A stretch of 64,000 nucleotides of DNA. It comes from an uncultured Gemmatimonadaceae bacterium. Lineage in GTDB: Bacteria; Gemmatimonadota; Gemmatimonadetes; Gemmatimonadales; Gemmatimonadaceae. The stretch is taken from the NCBI GenBank assembly GCA_963761305.1, contig CAVXGK010000002.1:1056001-1120000 (forward strand), given 5' to 3'. Position numbers and translations under genes: made by a program. Within the stretch, counting starts at the first letter, position 1. Each line of letters opens with the position of its first letter. Shown here one piece after another: positions 1 to 10,981 of the stretch. Under the pieces are notes generated by a model that saw only the letters and a program-made list of their open reading frames with translations, did not search any database and had not been told where the DNA came from.

Positions 1-1
1 C

Positions 2-184
2 CGGCGTTCGGGGATAGGTCGGACCGTACCGCCCGCGCTCGAGCGTGAGATAGCCTTCCCGCGGAATGGCCATCGCGCGAGGATTGGCCCACTCCGGCTT
101 GTGATTGTCGTGATTGTTATGGCCGTTCTCGGCGGCGTGCCCGTCGTGTTCGTTCTTGTTCGCGGTTGTAGGAGCGCTGCTCAT
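2..184 (-). CDS. Conserved hypothetical protein, N-terminal part (runs off window start); resembles a family found beside Dyp-type peroxidases
   Basis: Manual translation MSSAPTT...EWANPRAMAIPREGYLTLERGRYGPTYPRTP; family recognised from memory of the AIP-x-EGY-x-x-LE-x-GRYGP-x-YPRTP motif. Confidence 0.6.
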   Translation of the reverse strand, partial: MSSAPTTANKNEHDGHAAENGHNNHDNHKPEWANPRAMAIPREGYLTLERGRYGPTYPRTP

Positions 185-310
185 GGGGAAATCCCGCCAA
201 GGTTCGGATGTCAGTGGGTCCCGGAAAGTCCGCCGAGGACGGCGAGCGATCCATGCGACGTTTGTCCAATGAGCGAGCTCGTCGCGTCACGCTCAGAGGC
301 TTCAGAAGCC

Positions 311-1207
311 TCAGAAGCCGATCGTGCTCGAGATCTGTATCGAGTTGCCCTGGAGCGTCGACCGAGCGAAGAGCTCGTCGAAGTACCGGAGAGCGAGGGT
401 CACGCGCCTCGCTGGCAGATTGAGATTGGATCCGAATCCGAGCGCATACACTCGGTAGTGGGCACTCGCCTGCTCCGGCGTCACATTCGGTCCGTGCGTG
501 TCGGTCGTCTGCCATTGCGCGTAGCCGACGAGCCCGAGTTGCAGGCGCATGTCCTTCGACGATGCCACGCGCTGCATCAGCGAATAGTCCAGATCGATGT
601 TCTCGCCCGGATCGATGTGCGTGCCCGCCTGCGTCGAATGAAACTCGACCATCTCGAAAGCCGAGAGCGTCGTGGCGCGACTCGGGGTCATGTAAATGCT
701 CTGGCCCGCAGATAGTGACTGCGTCCAATAACCCGACCCCACGTTGTCGGCGGCGCCGGCCTTGAAACGCCCCGTCGGTGCGAGGAACCCATAGGCGACC
801 TTCAGGTCCGCCCGCGAGAGGCTCCAGCCCAGAATCGCCGGCTGATAGAAAGAGTCGGCGAAGCCACCGCCACCGCTGAGCGCTCCCTCGGTGTCGGACG
901 CGAGCGAGTTGTTGGCGATCGGCAGCGTCACCGAGATCGCATAGCGCGGCCGGCCGCGTGGCGTCGTCGTGTCGCTGGCCCAGGTGAAGATGTTCATGTC
1001 CATCAACACCGAGTTGTGCCCCGTGGCCAGGAGCTCGCCGCCGGGCCCTCTCAGCTCGTCGCGCGCGTAGAACAGGAAGAGATTCGCGTAGGTGAAGCCG
1101 GCCTCGGGGAGCACGCCTCCGCCGACGGCGCTCATGCCGAGCGGGTAGACGCCTCGGACCTGCGCGCCAAGTTGGCCGGCCGCGAGGCAGACACAGAGTG
1201 CCGCCAT
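311..1207 (-). CDS. SphA/MetA-pathway-like outer-membrane beta-barrel 'transporter' (start uncertain, ORF open to 1348)
   Basis: Signal peptide, YPLG...G-x-LP motif, G-x-x-D-x-x-x-QP-x-x-LGW, APTGRF, C-terminal Phe. Confidence 0.7.
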   Translation of the reverse strand: MAALCVCLAAGQLGAQVRGVYPLGMSAVGGGVLPEAGFTYANLFLFYARDELRGPGGELLATGHNSVLMDMNIFTWASDTTTPRGRPRYAISVTLPIANNSLASDTEGALSGGGGFADSFYQPAILGWSLSRADLKVAYGFLAPTGRFKAGAADNVGSGYWTQSLSAGQSIYMTPSRATTLSAFEMVEFHSTQAGTHIDPGENIDLDYSLMQRVASSKDMRLQLGLVGYAQWQTTDTHGPNVTPEQASAHYRVYALGFGSNLNLPARRVTLALRYFDELFARSTLQGNSIQISSTIGF

Positions 1208-1460
1208 GACTACGACTAAGGGCACGAGCGCCGCGCCGGACGGGTGTTTGGTGTTGAGATTACTCTGAATCGGACCGAGGGTCTGAATTGTCGGGCGTCC
1301 CGCACAGTCCCCCGGGTTCGGGCATTGGACCATTCGACGTTCGGCCAACGAGCGGGCTCGTCGCCCCGGTTCCCGATCGCCGGGGAGGGCGCCGAGTGAC
1401 GTGTCATTGGCGTACCTTCAGCGAACACATCACGCCGGCGATGAGGATGGGGGATGGAGC

Positions 1461-3938
1461 ATGCTCGATAGGACCCGTCGCGAACTGACCCACGCATCCC
1501 GCTCGCTCCGCCGAGCGCCCGCGTTCAGCATCACGGTCGTCCTCATCCTCGGCCTCGCCATCGGCATGTCGACCGCGATGTTCACGGTCTTTCAAGCCGT
1601 TCTGTTGCACCGCTTGCCGGTACGACAACCGGAACAGATCGTCGAATTGTCGGGCATCGCCGGTGGCGCCGCGACGGAGGTGCCGATCACTCCGTCACAG
1701 CTCCACCGCCTTCGCCGCGAGACGCACACGCTCCGCAGCGCGGCGGGATTGGCCCATTGGCGCGTTCTCGCTGACGCGCTCGCCGACGGCGACCGCCGGA
1801 TCGTCCTGCGCGAGGCCGTCGTCACCGACGACTTCTTTTCTGTCCTTGGCGCGGACCCGGCGTTGGGCCGACTGTTCCGCGCGGGCGACCAAGTGCCCTG
1901 GGGCGCCAACTCTGGGAACGGCGGAGTGCCGATCGTCCTCAGCTACTCGGCCTGGCTTCACAGTTTTGGCGGCGACTCGTCGGTGATCGGCCGCCACCTC
2001 GTCTCGCCCAAGATGACGTGGACGATGACGATCGTCGGCGTCGCACCGCCGGGGCTCGACTATCCGCGCGGCGTCGAATTCTGGATCGCCTCGGAGTACG
2101 GCAGCATCGACGTCGTCGCGCGCCTCACGCCGAATGCGACGCCCGAAGCGGCGCGCAAGGATTTCCTCACGTTCCTCCAGCGCGATCCCGAGCAGGCGCG
2201 CAACCTCGGCGCAAATTCGGTCGGCGCGCAGGTCCACACGCTCGACGACATGGTCACCGGCCAGGCCCGCGCGGCGCTGTTCGCCCTTTCGGCGGCGGTC
2301 GTGCTTCTCCTCGTGCTCGCGTGCACCAACGTCGGCAATCTGCTCCTGCTTCGTGCCGCCGGCCGCGTGCGCGAGCTGTCGATTCGCCGCGCGATCGGCG
2401 CGTCGGCTATCGATCTGTTGCGGCACCTGTTCACCGAGAGCGTCCTGCTCGCCGCCGGCGGCGGCGTACTGGGCGTTGTGTTCGCGCGCGTCCTGCTCGG
2501 CGCCTTGATTCGTCTCGCGCCGACCGGTCTGCCGCGCACCGATCTGATCGTGCTCGCCGGCACGCCGCTGCTCACCGGTTCGCTCGTTACAGCGGCGACG
2601 GTGATTCTGTTCGGCGTCGCGCCGTCGCTCGTCGCGCTGCGATTCGATCTTTCGTCGCCGCTCCGCTCCGACACGCGCTCGGGCACCGAGGGACGTCGCC
2701 TGCGCAAGGTTCGTCAGGCGCTCGTCGCCTCGCAGCTCGCGCTCGCCGTTGTCGTGCTGGCCGGTGCCGGTCTGCTCGTGCGAAGCCTCGCCCGCCTCGC
2801 GTCGATGGACATGGGATATCCCACGGACCATCTGACGATGCTGAATGTCTCGCTGCCATGGCGAACGTACGCGAACGACTGTCGGCCGACGGGCACGGTG
2901 CTCACCGCGGCCGATACAACCGCGTGGTCGCGATGCGCGGACAAGGTCAACTTCGCCGCGCACGAGCGGATCATGGCGAACCTGCGCGCGCTGCCGCAGG
3001 TCGTCAGCATCTCGCCGGCCGCCGCCCCGCCCTTCCTCGGCTCCAATGTATGGATGGGTCGCTTTGCCGCTGAAGAGCAGTCGGATGCGGAGGCCAAGAC
3101 GAACCCGTGGTTCGGATTCGACGCCGTGGGCCCGGACTTCTTTCGCGCGCTCGGCGTTCCGCTCGTCGCGGGCCGAGTGTTCAACGACGGAGACCGCGAG
3201 GACGCGCCACGAGTCACTGTGATCACCGAAGGCGTCGCGCGCCGACTCTGGCCGAATCAGTCGGCAATCGGCAAGCGAATTCACGACCCGGAACAACACT
3301 CGCCGGATTCGCTCGTCACCGTCGTCGGCGTCGTGCGCGATTTTCACTATCGGCTGCACCGCGAGAGCACGCCGACGATCTTCCGACCGTATTGGCAGGT
3401 GTTGGCGCAGGGCTACTTCGCCGTGCGCACGCGCGGCCCTGAGATGCCGATGGACGCCTGGCGTCGCGCGGTAGAGGCCGCCCCCGGCGCGACGTTCGTT
3501 CGCGCCCAGTCGATGGACGATCTCGTGGCGCCGCAGCTCGCCGTGCCGCGATTCGACGCGCTGCTGCTGTCGATCTTCGCGCTGGCGGCGATCGTCGTCG
3601 CGGCGGTCGGACTCTACGGCATCATGGCGTCGGCGGTCAGCCAACAGACGCGCGAGCTGGGAATTCGCATGGCGCTCGGCGCCACGGTGAGCGGCGTGCG
3701 CAACATGGTGCTCAAGCAAGCGATGATCGTCGCCTGCGCCGGCACCGCGGTGGGTCTGGTTGGCGCGCTCGCCAGCTCACGACTGCTGAAGTCGATGCTG
3801 TTCGACGTCCGGCCGTCTGATCCGACGACGCTTGCCGGCGTGACGGCATTGCTGCTGCTGACGGCGGCAAGCGCCGCGTACATCCCGGCGCGACGCGCGA
3901 CGCGGATCGACCCTGCACGAGCGCTTCGCGCGGAGTAG
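1461..3938 (+). CDS. Duplicated MacB/FtsX-type ABC permease (ADOP family)
   Basis: SLRRAPAFS..LGLAIG, LLLVLACTNVGNLLL-RELSIRRAIGA, RELGIRMALGA, PARRATRIDPARALRAE; GGAG precedes ATG 1461. Confidence 0.9.
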   Translation: MLDRTRRELTHASRSLRRAPAFSITVVLILGLAIGMSTAMFTVFQAVLLHRLPVRQPEQIVELSGIAGGAATEVPITPSQLHRLRRETHTLRSAAGLAHWRVLADALADGDRRIVLREAVVTDDFFSVLGADPALGRLFRAGDQVPWGANSGNGGVPIVLSYSAWLHSFGGDSSVIGRHLVSPKMTWTMTIVGVAPPGLDYPRGVEFWIASEYGSIDVVARLTPNATPEAARKDFLTFLQRDPEQARNLGANSVGAQVHTLDDMVTGQARAALFALSAAVVLLLVLACTNVGNLLLLRAAGRVRELSIRRAIGASAIDLLRHLFTESVLLAAGGGVLGVVFARVLLGALIRLAPTGLPRTDLIVLAGTPLLTGSLVTAATVILFGVAPSLVALRFDLSSPLRSDTRSGTEGRRLRKVRQALVASQLALAVVVLAGAGLLVRSLARLASMDMGYPTDHLTMLNVSLPWRTYANDCRPTGTVLTAADTTAWSRCADKVNFAAHERIMANLRALPQVVSISPAAAPPFLGSNVWMGRFAAEEQSDAEAKTNPWFGFDAVGPDFFRALGVPLVAGRVFNDGDREDAPRVTVITEGVARRLWPNQSAIGKRIHDPEQHSPDSLVTVVGVVRDFHYRLHRESTPTIFRPYWQVLAQGYFAVRTRGPEMPMDAWRRAVEAAPGATFVRAQSMDDLVAPQLAVPRFDALLLSIFALAAIVVAAVGLYGIMASAVSQQTRELGIRMALGATVSGVRNMVLKQAMIVACAGTAVGLVGALASSRLLKSMLFDVRPSDPTTLAGVTALLLLTAASAAYIPARRATRIDPARALRAE

Positions 3939-3991
3939 AACGCGACGTTCGCCTTCACCGGGAATCGGACGCTGCCCGATCTGCCGGGGCC

Positions 3992-4192
3992 CTACGGCAG
4001 CAGCAGCATCCCCAGCGTGACGGCGACGATCGACAGCGCGACAAAGCCGGAGAAAACCAGGCTGGCTCGCGTGATGACCCTGACACCTTTTGGCGGCGTC
4101 GGAGCCGGCGCCGCGCATGTCGCGCAGACCTTCGCGAGCGGGCTCACGGGATTCCCACACAATCGGCACGGCATGAGATCGAACGCGGTCAC
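3992..4192 (-). CDS. Small zinc-ribbon protein with C-terminal TM helix
   Basis: CRLCG..CATC motif followed by a hydrophobic segment. Confidence 0.6.
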   Translation of the reverse strand: MTAFDLMPCRLCGNPVSPLAKVCATCAAPAPTPPKGVRVITRASLVFSGFVALSIVAVTLGMLLLP

Positions 4193-4272
4193 AGAGAATT
4201 TCCTTGCCTCAGAAAATGCCGGTCAATGTGTGGAAGCGTACAAACGCCGGGCGGAACACGGTATGACCGCGC

Positions 4273-4368
4273 GAACGAGTCACTCCCTTGTTACACGAGC
4301 GAGCCAATCTCCTGTTATACGAGCGAGCGGCTTCCCCTTTACACGAGCGAGTCGCTCCTTTGTTACAA
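4273..4368. repeat. Four imperfect 24-bp tandem repeats (GAGCGAG-N9-TGTTACAC consensus)
   Basis: Units at 4273, 4297, 4321, 4345 read directly. Confidence 0.85.
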
Positions 4369-4420
4369 GAGCCATACCAGCGCGTGGGCCGCGGGTTTCG
4401 TTTTTCTCTAGGCTTCCGCC

Positions 4421-4801
4421 ATGGAGAAAAATCCTCTCGGATCGCTGCGTCGCATCGCGCGCAGGGTTGGCGTGGTGCTCATCGTGGCCGGCGCGGCGAT
4501 GGGGTTCGTGGGCATCGTTTGCGGCTTGATCGTCGATCTCGTGGTCATTTCGAGTGCGATCGGCTTTTGGGGGTTCGCCGCATCGTTTCTCCTGCTTCCG
4601 ATCACGCTCGTGGCCGGACCGTTCTACGCCGGGTTTGCCTGGCATAACTGGCTGCCCTTGTTTCTCTGCTACGGCAGCGGCGTACTGGCACCCGTCGTCG
4701 CCGTGATCGGCGCGCTGTGTCGAATGTTCGGCGCGCCGAGGATCGCGCGGGCGAGGCTGAGAGCGGCGAGTCGGCTGCTCCCGCCCGTCGCACTGCCGTA
4801 A
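4421..4801 (+). CDS. Small membrane protein (about 3 TM)
   Basis: Hydrophobic ORF; TAGGCT 6 nt before ATG (leaderless-type). Confidence 0.6.
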   Translation: MEKNPLGSLRRIARRVGVVLIVAGAAMGFVGIVCGLIVDLVVISSAIGFWGFAASFLLLPITLVAGPFYAGFAWHNWLPLFLCYGSGVLAPVVAVIGALCRMFGAPRIARARLRAASRLLPPVALP

Positions 4802-4874
4802 CGTTCCCCGCGCCCCTGCGCGCGCGCCGCGAGGTCGGAAACGCCGTTCCTGGTTCGACCCGCTACCTTCCTTG

Positions 4875-5552
4875 ATGTGCTTCTCTGCTGGCGCGAGCTT
4901 CACGATGGCCGGAGTGCTGACTGCCATCGGCGGAGCTTCGATCGGCGCCAGCGCCGACAAGCCGCGGCGCCTCTTCGCGGCGATTCCCCTCGGCTTCGCT
5001 CTCCAACAGGCGACTGAAGGGATCGTCTGGCTCACGATCGATGCGCCGGCGCACGCGACGCTCCTTCGGGCCGCGGTGTTCGGCTTCCTCGCGTTCGCGC
5101 TCGTCATCTGGCCGACCTGGGTGCCGTGGTCGCTGCGCGTCGCCGAACGGGATGCCGCGCGACGGAAATGGCTCACGCGTCTCACGTGGGCCGGCGTGTT
5201 GGTCTCGCTGGGCGCGCTGGTGCTGCTCACCCGGTGGGAGCCGAGCGCGTTCATCGAAGGCAGCAGCGTGCATTACAACTTCGGCGTTCCCACGGGCACG
5301 GTGAGTCACCTCCTGCTCGTCGCCGCCTACACCGCGCCGGCCCTGGTGTCGTTCTTCGTATCGAGCATCGAACTGTCGAATGTGTTCGGTGCCGCGCTCG
5401 TGCTCTCGCTGGGAGCCGCGCTGCTCATCCGCACCGAGGCGCTGACGTCGGTGTGGTGCTTCTTTGCCGCGGGGCTGAGCGTTCTGATATTCGTGGCCGT
5501 GCGGCAGCGAGGCGCCACGGTACCTGCCATCCCCGCTTTCATAGGGCGCTGA
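4875..5552 (+). CDS. DUF6629-like multi-pass membrane protein
   Basis: MCFSA-x-ASF start, QQ-x-x-EG-x-VW and SVWCFFAA motifs. Confidence 0.75.
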   Translation: MCFSAGASFTMAGVLTAIGGASIGASADKPRRLFAAIPLGFALQQATEGIVWLTIDAPAHATLLRAAVFGFLAFALVIWPTWVPWSLRVAERDAARRKWLTRLTWAGVLVSLGALVLLTRWEPSAFIEGSSVHYNFGVPTGTVSHLLLVAAYTAPALVSFFVSSIELSNVFGAALVLSLGAALLIRTEALTSVWCFFAAGLSVLIFVAVRQRGATVPAIPAFIGR

Positions 5553-5583
5553 CGCGGAGACTCGGCGCGGCTGACAGATTGGA

Positions 5584-6938
5584 TTAGCGATCCACTCGCG
5601 CATTGGCCGGCCCGAGCACGCCGGTGTAGTACGACATCAGGGCCTGCTGGAACGCCACGCTCGACCGCGCATTCACCGCCGAGCTCTGAGCTTGGATCAG
5701 CGTTGCGCGCGCGAGCGCAACTTCCACGAACGTCGACACGCCGTCGCGGTAGCGCGCCTGTGCCGCCTCGAGGGCGAGCGCGGCGGCCCGTTGCTGCGCA
5801 TTGGTCTCGACGATCTGCTCTTGCGCCACTTGATAGTCGAGAAGCGCACGGCGCACTTCGAGGGCGACGGTGTGCTCGACGTCGCGCAGCGTCAGCGTCT
5901 CGTTCTCGAGCTGAACCTGCGCGCGCTGGTGGGCGATGGACACGCCGCTACGGTCGAGGATCGGCACCGAAACGCCGATGCCGAAGGACCCGCCGCGCCG
6001 CTGATTCAGCTGGCTCTCGAAGCTGCCGTCGGCGATGCTGTTGATCCCGCTACTGTATCCGGCGCTCGCCGAGATGAGCGGAAAGCGTCCGCCTTCCGCA
6101 ACGAGGATCTCGCGCTTGGCTGCTTCGACGCGGAGGCGCTGCGCCTGAACGTCGGCGCGCTGCGCGAGCGCCACCGTGATCAGGCTGTCGAGACAGAAGG
6201 CCGGCGACGGTTTCGTTGTGTCACGTGGTGCCGGCGGTACGAAGGTGTAGTCGCCTTGGGGATCCAGCAGGAGGTCCTGAATGAGGTCGACGTTGGCGAG
6301 GTCCGTTGCGTGCTGCGCGTTGGCAACCGCCAATCGCGTCGAGGCGACGGCCGCTTGCTGTTGGTACAGGTCGCCGATTGCCCGTGTCCCCGCTTTCGTG
6401 AACGCCTCGAGCTGCGTGAGCTCCTGCTCCTGCGCCACGAGGTTCTCTTGCTGCACCCGCACCTGCTCCTGCTGCGTGATGAGATTCAGAAAATCCGACG
6501 CGACGGTGAAGACGACCGTCTGCCTCGTCCGCCCGAGGTCCTGAGTGCCGGCGCGCAGGATGAGCTCGGACTCGTGCAGCGAGTTGACGTTCTGCCGTCC
6601 GTTGTACAACGTGACGCCGCTCGAGACACCGGCGCTGGTCGAGACCGAGTTTGGCGCACTCGGGCCGCTGCCGAACCCCTGCGAGGTCTGCGAGCTCGCC
6701 GACAGGTTGGGAAGGAATGCGTTGCGAAACTGCCGCACGGTGAGCGAGTCGAGCGTCGTCGCGTTCCGCGCGAACCGCACGGAACTATTCTGCGACAGGG
6801 CGATGCGGATCGCCTCGGCGAGCGTGATCGGTCCCGCCTCGGGGTGGCGCGTCGTCGCGGTGTCCTGCGCAACAAGCGCCTGTGCGCTGGCCGCGAGCGC
6901 GAACATCATCAACACGGCGGACCGGGAGCAGGCGTGTG

Positions 6939-6942
<4 letters not shown>
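5584..6942 (-). CDS. TolC family outer-membrane efflux protein
   Basis: Signal peptide, ITLAEAIRIAL, duplicated OEP helical repeats; last gene of efflux operon. Confidence 0.9.
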
Positions 6943-8152
<1,210 letters not shown>

Positions 8153-8156
<4 letters not shown>

Positions 8157-8944
8157 GCCGCGTTCCCGACGACCGGCAAGCCAATCACGTCGTCGCCGAG
8201 CGCCTCCAGATCGGCGGCCGCGTTCCGCCGATTGTCCACCGCGTGATCGCGAACGATGCGTCCGTCACGTAGCTCGACGATGCGCTTGGCGTACTGCGAG
8301 ACGTCGGGTTCGTGCGTGACGATGACGACCGTGACCCCCTGGTCGTTCAGTGCCTGCAGCAATGCCATCACGCTGATGGTCGTTCGGCTGTCGAGATTCC
8401 CCGTCGGCTCGTCGGCCAGCAACAGCGTGGGGTGGGTCACGAGTGCGCGCGCAATGGCCACGCGCTGCTGTTGTCCGCCGCTCAATGCGCTCGGCTGGTG
8501 GTCCAAACGCTCGCCAAGACCGACGCGTGTCAGCGCTTCGGCGGCCGCCTCCCTGGTGTTCTTCCAGCGGCCGGCGCGATCGTAGAGCAGCGGCAGCTCG
8601 ACATTCTCGACCGCCGAGGTCCGCGCGAGAAGATTGAATCCCTGGAAGACGAAGCCGAGCTTCTGATTTCTCAAATCAGCCAACTCGTTCTTGGACAAGC
8701 CGTCGACCCGCACGCCGTCGAGCGTGTACCGACCGGCCGTCGGCACGTCGAGACACCCGAGAATGTTCATCAGAGTCGACTTTCCGGACCCCGACGAGCC
8801 CATCACCGCCATCAGCTCGTTGGGAAATACCTGGAGGTCGATGCCGCGCAGCGCGAGCACCTCGTTCTCGCCCATCCGGTAGACCTTGGTCACGGCGGCG
8901 ACGTCGATGACGGGACGCGATCCGTTCATGACGGGCCCCGTCAT
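8153..8944 (-). CDS. MacB/LolD-type ABC transporter ATP-binding protein
   Basis: Walker [36 protein letters not shown] overlaps upstream TGA at 8944. Confidence 0.93.
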
Positions 8945-10227
8945 CAGCCGCCACCCCGGCGTCCGCCGCCGGCCGCCGGCGCGAGTGGGTTGGCCGACGG
9001 TGGGGCTTGTGTCGTGCCGGTGACCAACGCGTTGCCGATGATCACTTGCGTGCCGGCCGCGAGTCCCGCGCCGCTGACTTGCGTGCGCTGGCCGTCGCTC
9101 AGGGCGACGCTCACGGGAAGCCGCGCGAGCTTGTTGTTCGCGTCGAGCGTCCAAAGGTCGCCGGCGGCACCCGGGGCACCGGGGCTGCCGGCCGCTGATC
9201 CACCGGCGCGGCGTGGACGCACCGCCGGCGGCATTCCGGCTACCGGGGTGTCGGCTGTTCCCGCGGCGCTCGGTGTCGTGAGCGGAAGGCCCGACGCCGC
9301 GCGCTCTTCGGACGTCGGCGTGAAGCGCAGCGCCGCGTTGGGCACGGTGAGCACGTTCGTAGCAGAGCCGGTGATGAACTCGACCGTGGCGGTCATCCCG
9401 GGAAGCAGCTGGGAGCCGGCATTGTCGAGCGTCACGACGACGGTGTAGCTGACAACGTTGTCAGTGAGCTTCGACTCCAACCGCACCTGCTCGACCACGC
9501 CGTCGAACGTACGACCTGGAAACGACTCCACGGTGAATCGCGCCGACTGTCCGTCCTTGATGCTGCTGATATCGCTCTCGTCGACCGCGGCGAGGATCTG
9601 CATCTGCGCCAGGTTTTGCGCGATGAGAAAAAGCTGCGGCGCGGAAAGACTGGCGGCGACGGTTTGTCCGACATCGACATCGCGCTCGACGATCACGCCG
9701 TCGATTGGCGCGTAGATGTTCGTGTACGACAGGTTTTGCTTGGCCTTGTCGAGCGTGACCTGGGCTGACTTTGCCGACGCGACCGCGACGGACTGGTTCA
9801 CCTGCATCGTCCCGAACTCCGTCGCGCTGATGAACTGCTGCTTGAACAGCGGTTCGTTGCGATTGTATTCTTGCTGCGCTTGGAGCAGCTCCGCCTGCGC
9901 CTTTTCGAGCTGCGCTTGAGCATCGCTCACCGCCTGTTGCTGCAACACGGGATCGATGCGGGCGAGGAGTTGGCCTTTCTTGACGACATCGTTGAAGTCC
10001 GCGTGAATTTCCGCGACTTGTCCCGACGCCTGCGTCCCGACCTGCACCGTCTTCACCGCGCTCAGGGCGCCGGTCGCCGACACCGTTTGCAGGACGGTAC
10101 CGAGTTCGACCGTGGCGAATCGATAACCGGTTTCACCCCCGTCGCGAGCGTGACGTACGCTCCAGACGGCGATGGCAATGGCGACGAGCGCCACTGCCGC
10201 GATGGTGATTGTCTTGGTTCGGGTCAT
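8944..10227 (-). CDS. MacA-like efflux periplasmic adaptor
   Basis: VSATG..VQVGTQASG, IYAPIDG, GQTVAAS, LLPGMTA, VPNAAL. Confidence 0.92.
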   Translation of the reverse strand: MTRTKTITIAAVALVAIAIAVWSVRHARDGGETGYRFATVELGTVLQTVSATGALSAVKTVQVGTQASGQVAEIHADFNDVVKKGQLLARIDPVLQQQAVSDAQAQLEKAQAELLQAQQEYNRNEPLFKQQFISATEFGTMQVNQSVAVASAKSAQVTLDKAKQNLSYTNIYAPIDGVIVERDVDVGQTVAASLSAPQLFLIAQNLAQMQILAAVDESDISSIKDGQSARFTVESFPGRTFDGVVEQVRLESKLTDNVVSYTVVVTLDNAGSQLLPGMTATVEFITGSATNVLTVPNAALRFTPTSEERAASGLPLTTPSAAGTADTPVAGMPPAVRPRRAGGSAAGSPGAPGAAGDLWTLDANNKLARLPVSVALSDGQRTQVSGAGLAAGTQVIIGNALVTGTTQAPPSANPLAPAAGGGRRGGG

Positions 10228-10234
10228 GTACGCG

Positions 10235-10357
10235 CAGAGTACGCGTCATCGAGGCCCGCGAGCCATCGCACGAAGGGGTGAACGGCGGACTACGCCTTTT
10301 GGCGGTGCGGCCAGGTCCGTTCGTGTCATTGCCGGCGGTCCATCGAACTCCTAGGCT
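10235..10357. promoter_or_regulatory. Divergent promoter pair carrying the shared regulon motif
   Basis: Minus copy 10235-10312 closely matches 17766-17843 and 19568-19645; plus copy GTCCGTTCGTGTCAT-N22-TAGGCT at 10315-10357. Confidence 0.75.
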
Positions 10358-10395
10358 GCGTCCGTGTAACCTTGGCCATCCAGTAGGAGCAGCCT

Positions 10396-10971
10396 GTGAG
10401 AATCCGCTATATCGCGTTTGCCTTGCTTGTCGCGTGCGCGGCCCGGGGCAGCGCCCAGCAGTTGCCCGGACGTCCCGGCCACATCGTGTTGATCCGCCAC
10501 GGCGAAGAGCCGAGCGACGCTAACGATCCGCATCTGTCGAACGACGGCCGGGCGAGGGCGAAGGCGTTCGCGGAGTTCATGACCCACGACCCCGCGATGA
10601 TTCGCCTAGGCACGCCCGCCGCGATCTTCGCGACCGAGACGACCAAGGACGACAACGGGCAGCGAACGCAAGAGACCGTCACGCCGCTGGCGAGCGCGCT
10701 CCGACTCCCTGTGCTGACGCCCTATCACTCGAAGGACTACGACGCGATCGCGAAGCGCGTGCTCTCGGACCCATCGCTCGCCGGCAAGACGGTGGTCATC
10801 TGTTGGAACCACGAGTGGATTCCGCAGCTCGCCGCCGCACTCGGCGTGAACCCCGAACCGGCGAAGTGGAAAGGCAAAGTCTATGACCAGGTCTACGTGA
10901 TCACGTACAAGGACCGACACGCGGTGCTGACGACCACGCACTACGGCGCATCGGCGGTCGTTTCCAGATAG
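10396..10971 (+). CDS. Secreted histidine phosphatase superfamily protein
   Basis: Signal peptide, IRHGE, LS-x-x-G-x-x-RA, RT-x-ET-x-x-PLA, ICWNH. Confidence 0.8.
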   Translation: MRIRYIAFALLVACAARGSAQQLPGRPGHIVLIRHGEEPSDANDPHLSNDGRARAKAFAEFMTHDPAMIRLGTPAAIFATETTKDDNGQRTQETVTPLASALRLPVLTPYHSKDYDAIAKRVLSDPSLAGKTVVICWNHEWIPQLAAALGVNPEPAKWKGKVYDQVYVITYKDRHAVLTTTHYGASAVVSR

Positions 10972-10981
10972 TCGCTTCACG

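Noticed and set aside
1286..1316. Fourth copy of the TGTCGGG ECF promoter
   Set aside because: The -35-like part matches but TCGTTT is absent at the N15 position
1695..3719. Long antisense or overlapping ORFs (e.g. 1695-3719, 6882-8246, 18148-19614, 47436-49001, 56375-58630)
   Set aside because: Arg/Ala-rich shadows of real genes in high-GC DNA, with no recognisable motifs
4273..4368. 24-bp array as CRISPR or TIGR-Tas
   Set aside because: Period too short, variable parts resemble each other, and no Cas or Nop-domain protein is recognisable nearby
10235..10312. Repeated 78-bp element as a riboswitch or insertion sequence
   Set aside because: It ends in a -10-like hexamer just before start codons, so most of it would lie upstream of the TSS; no terminal repeats or transposase
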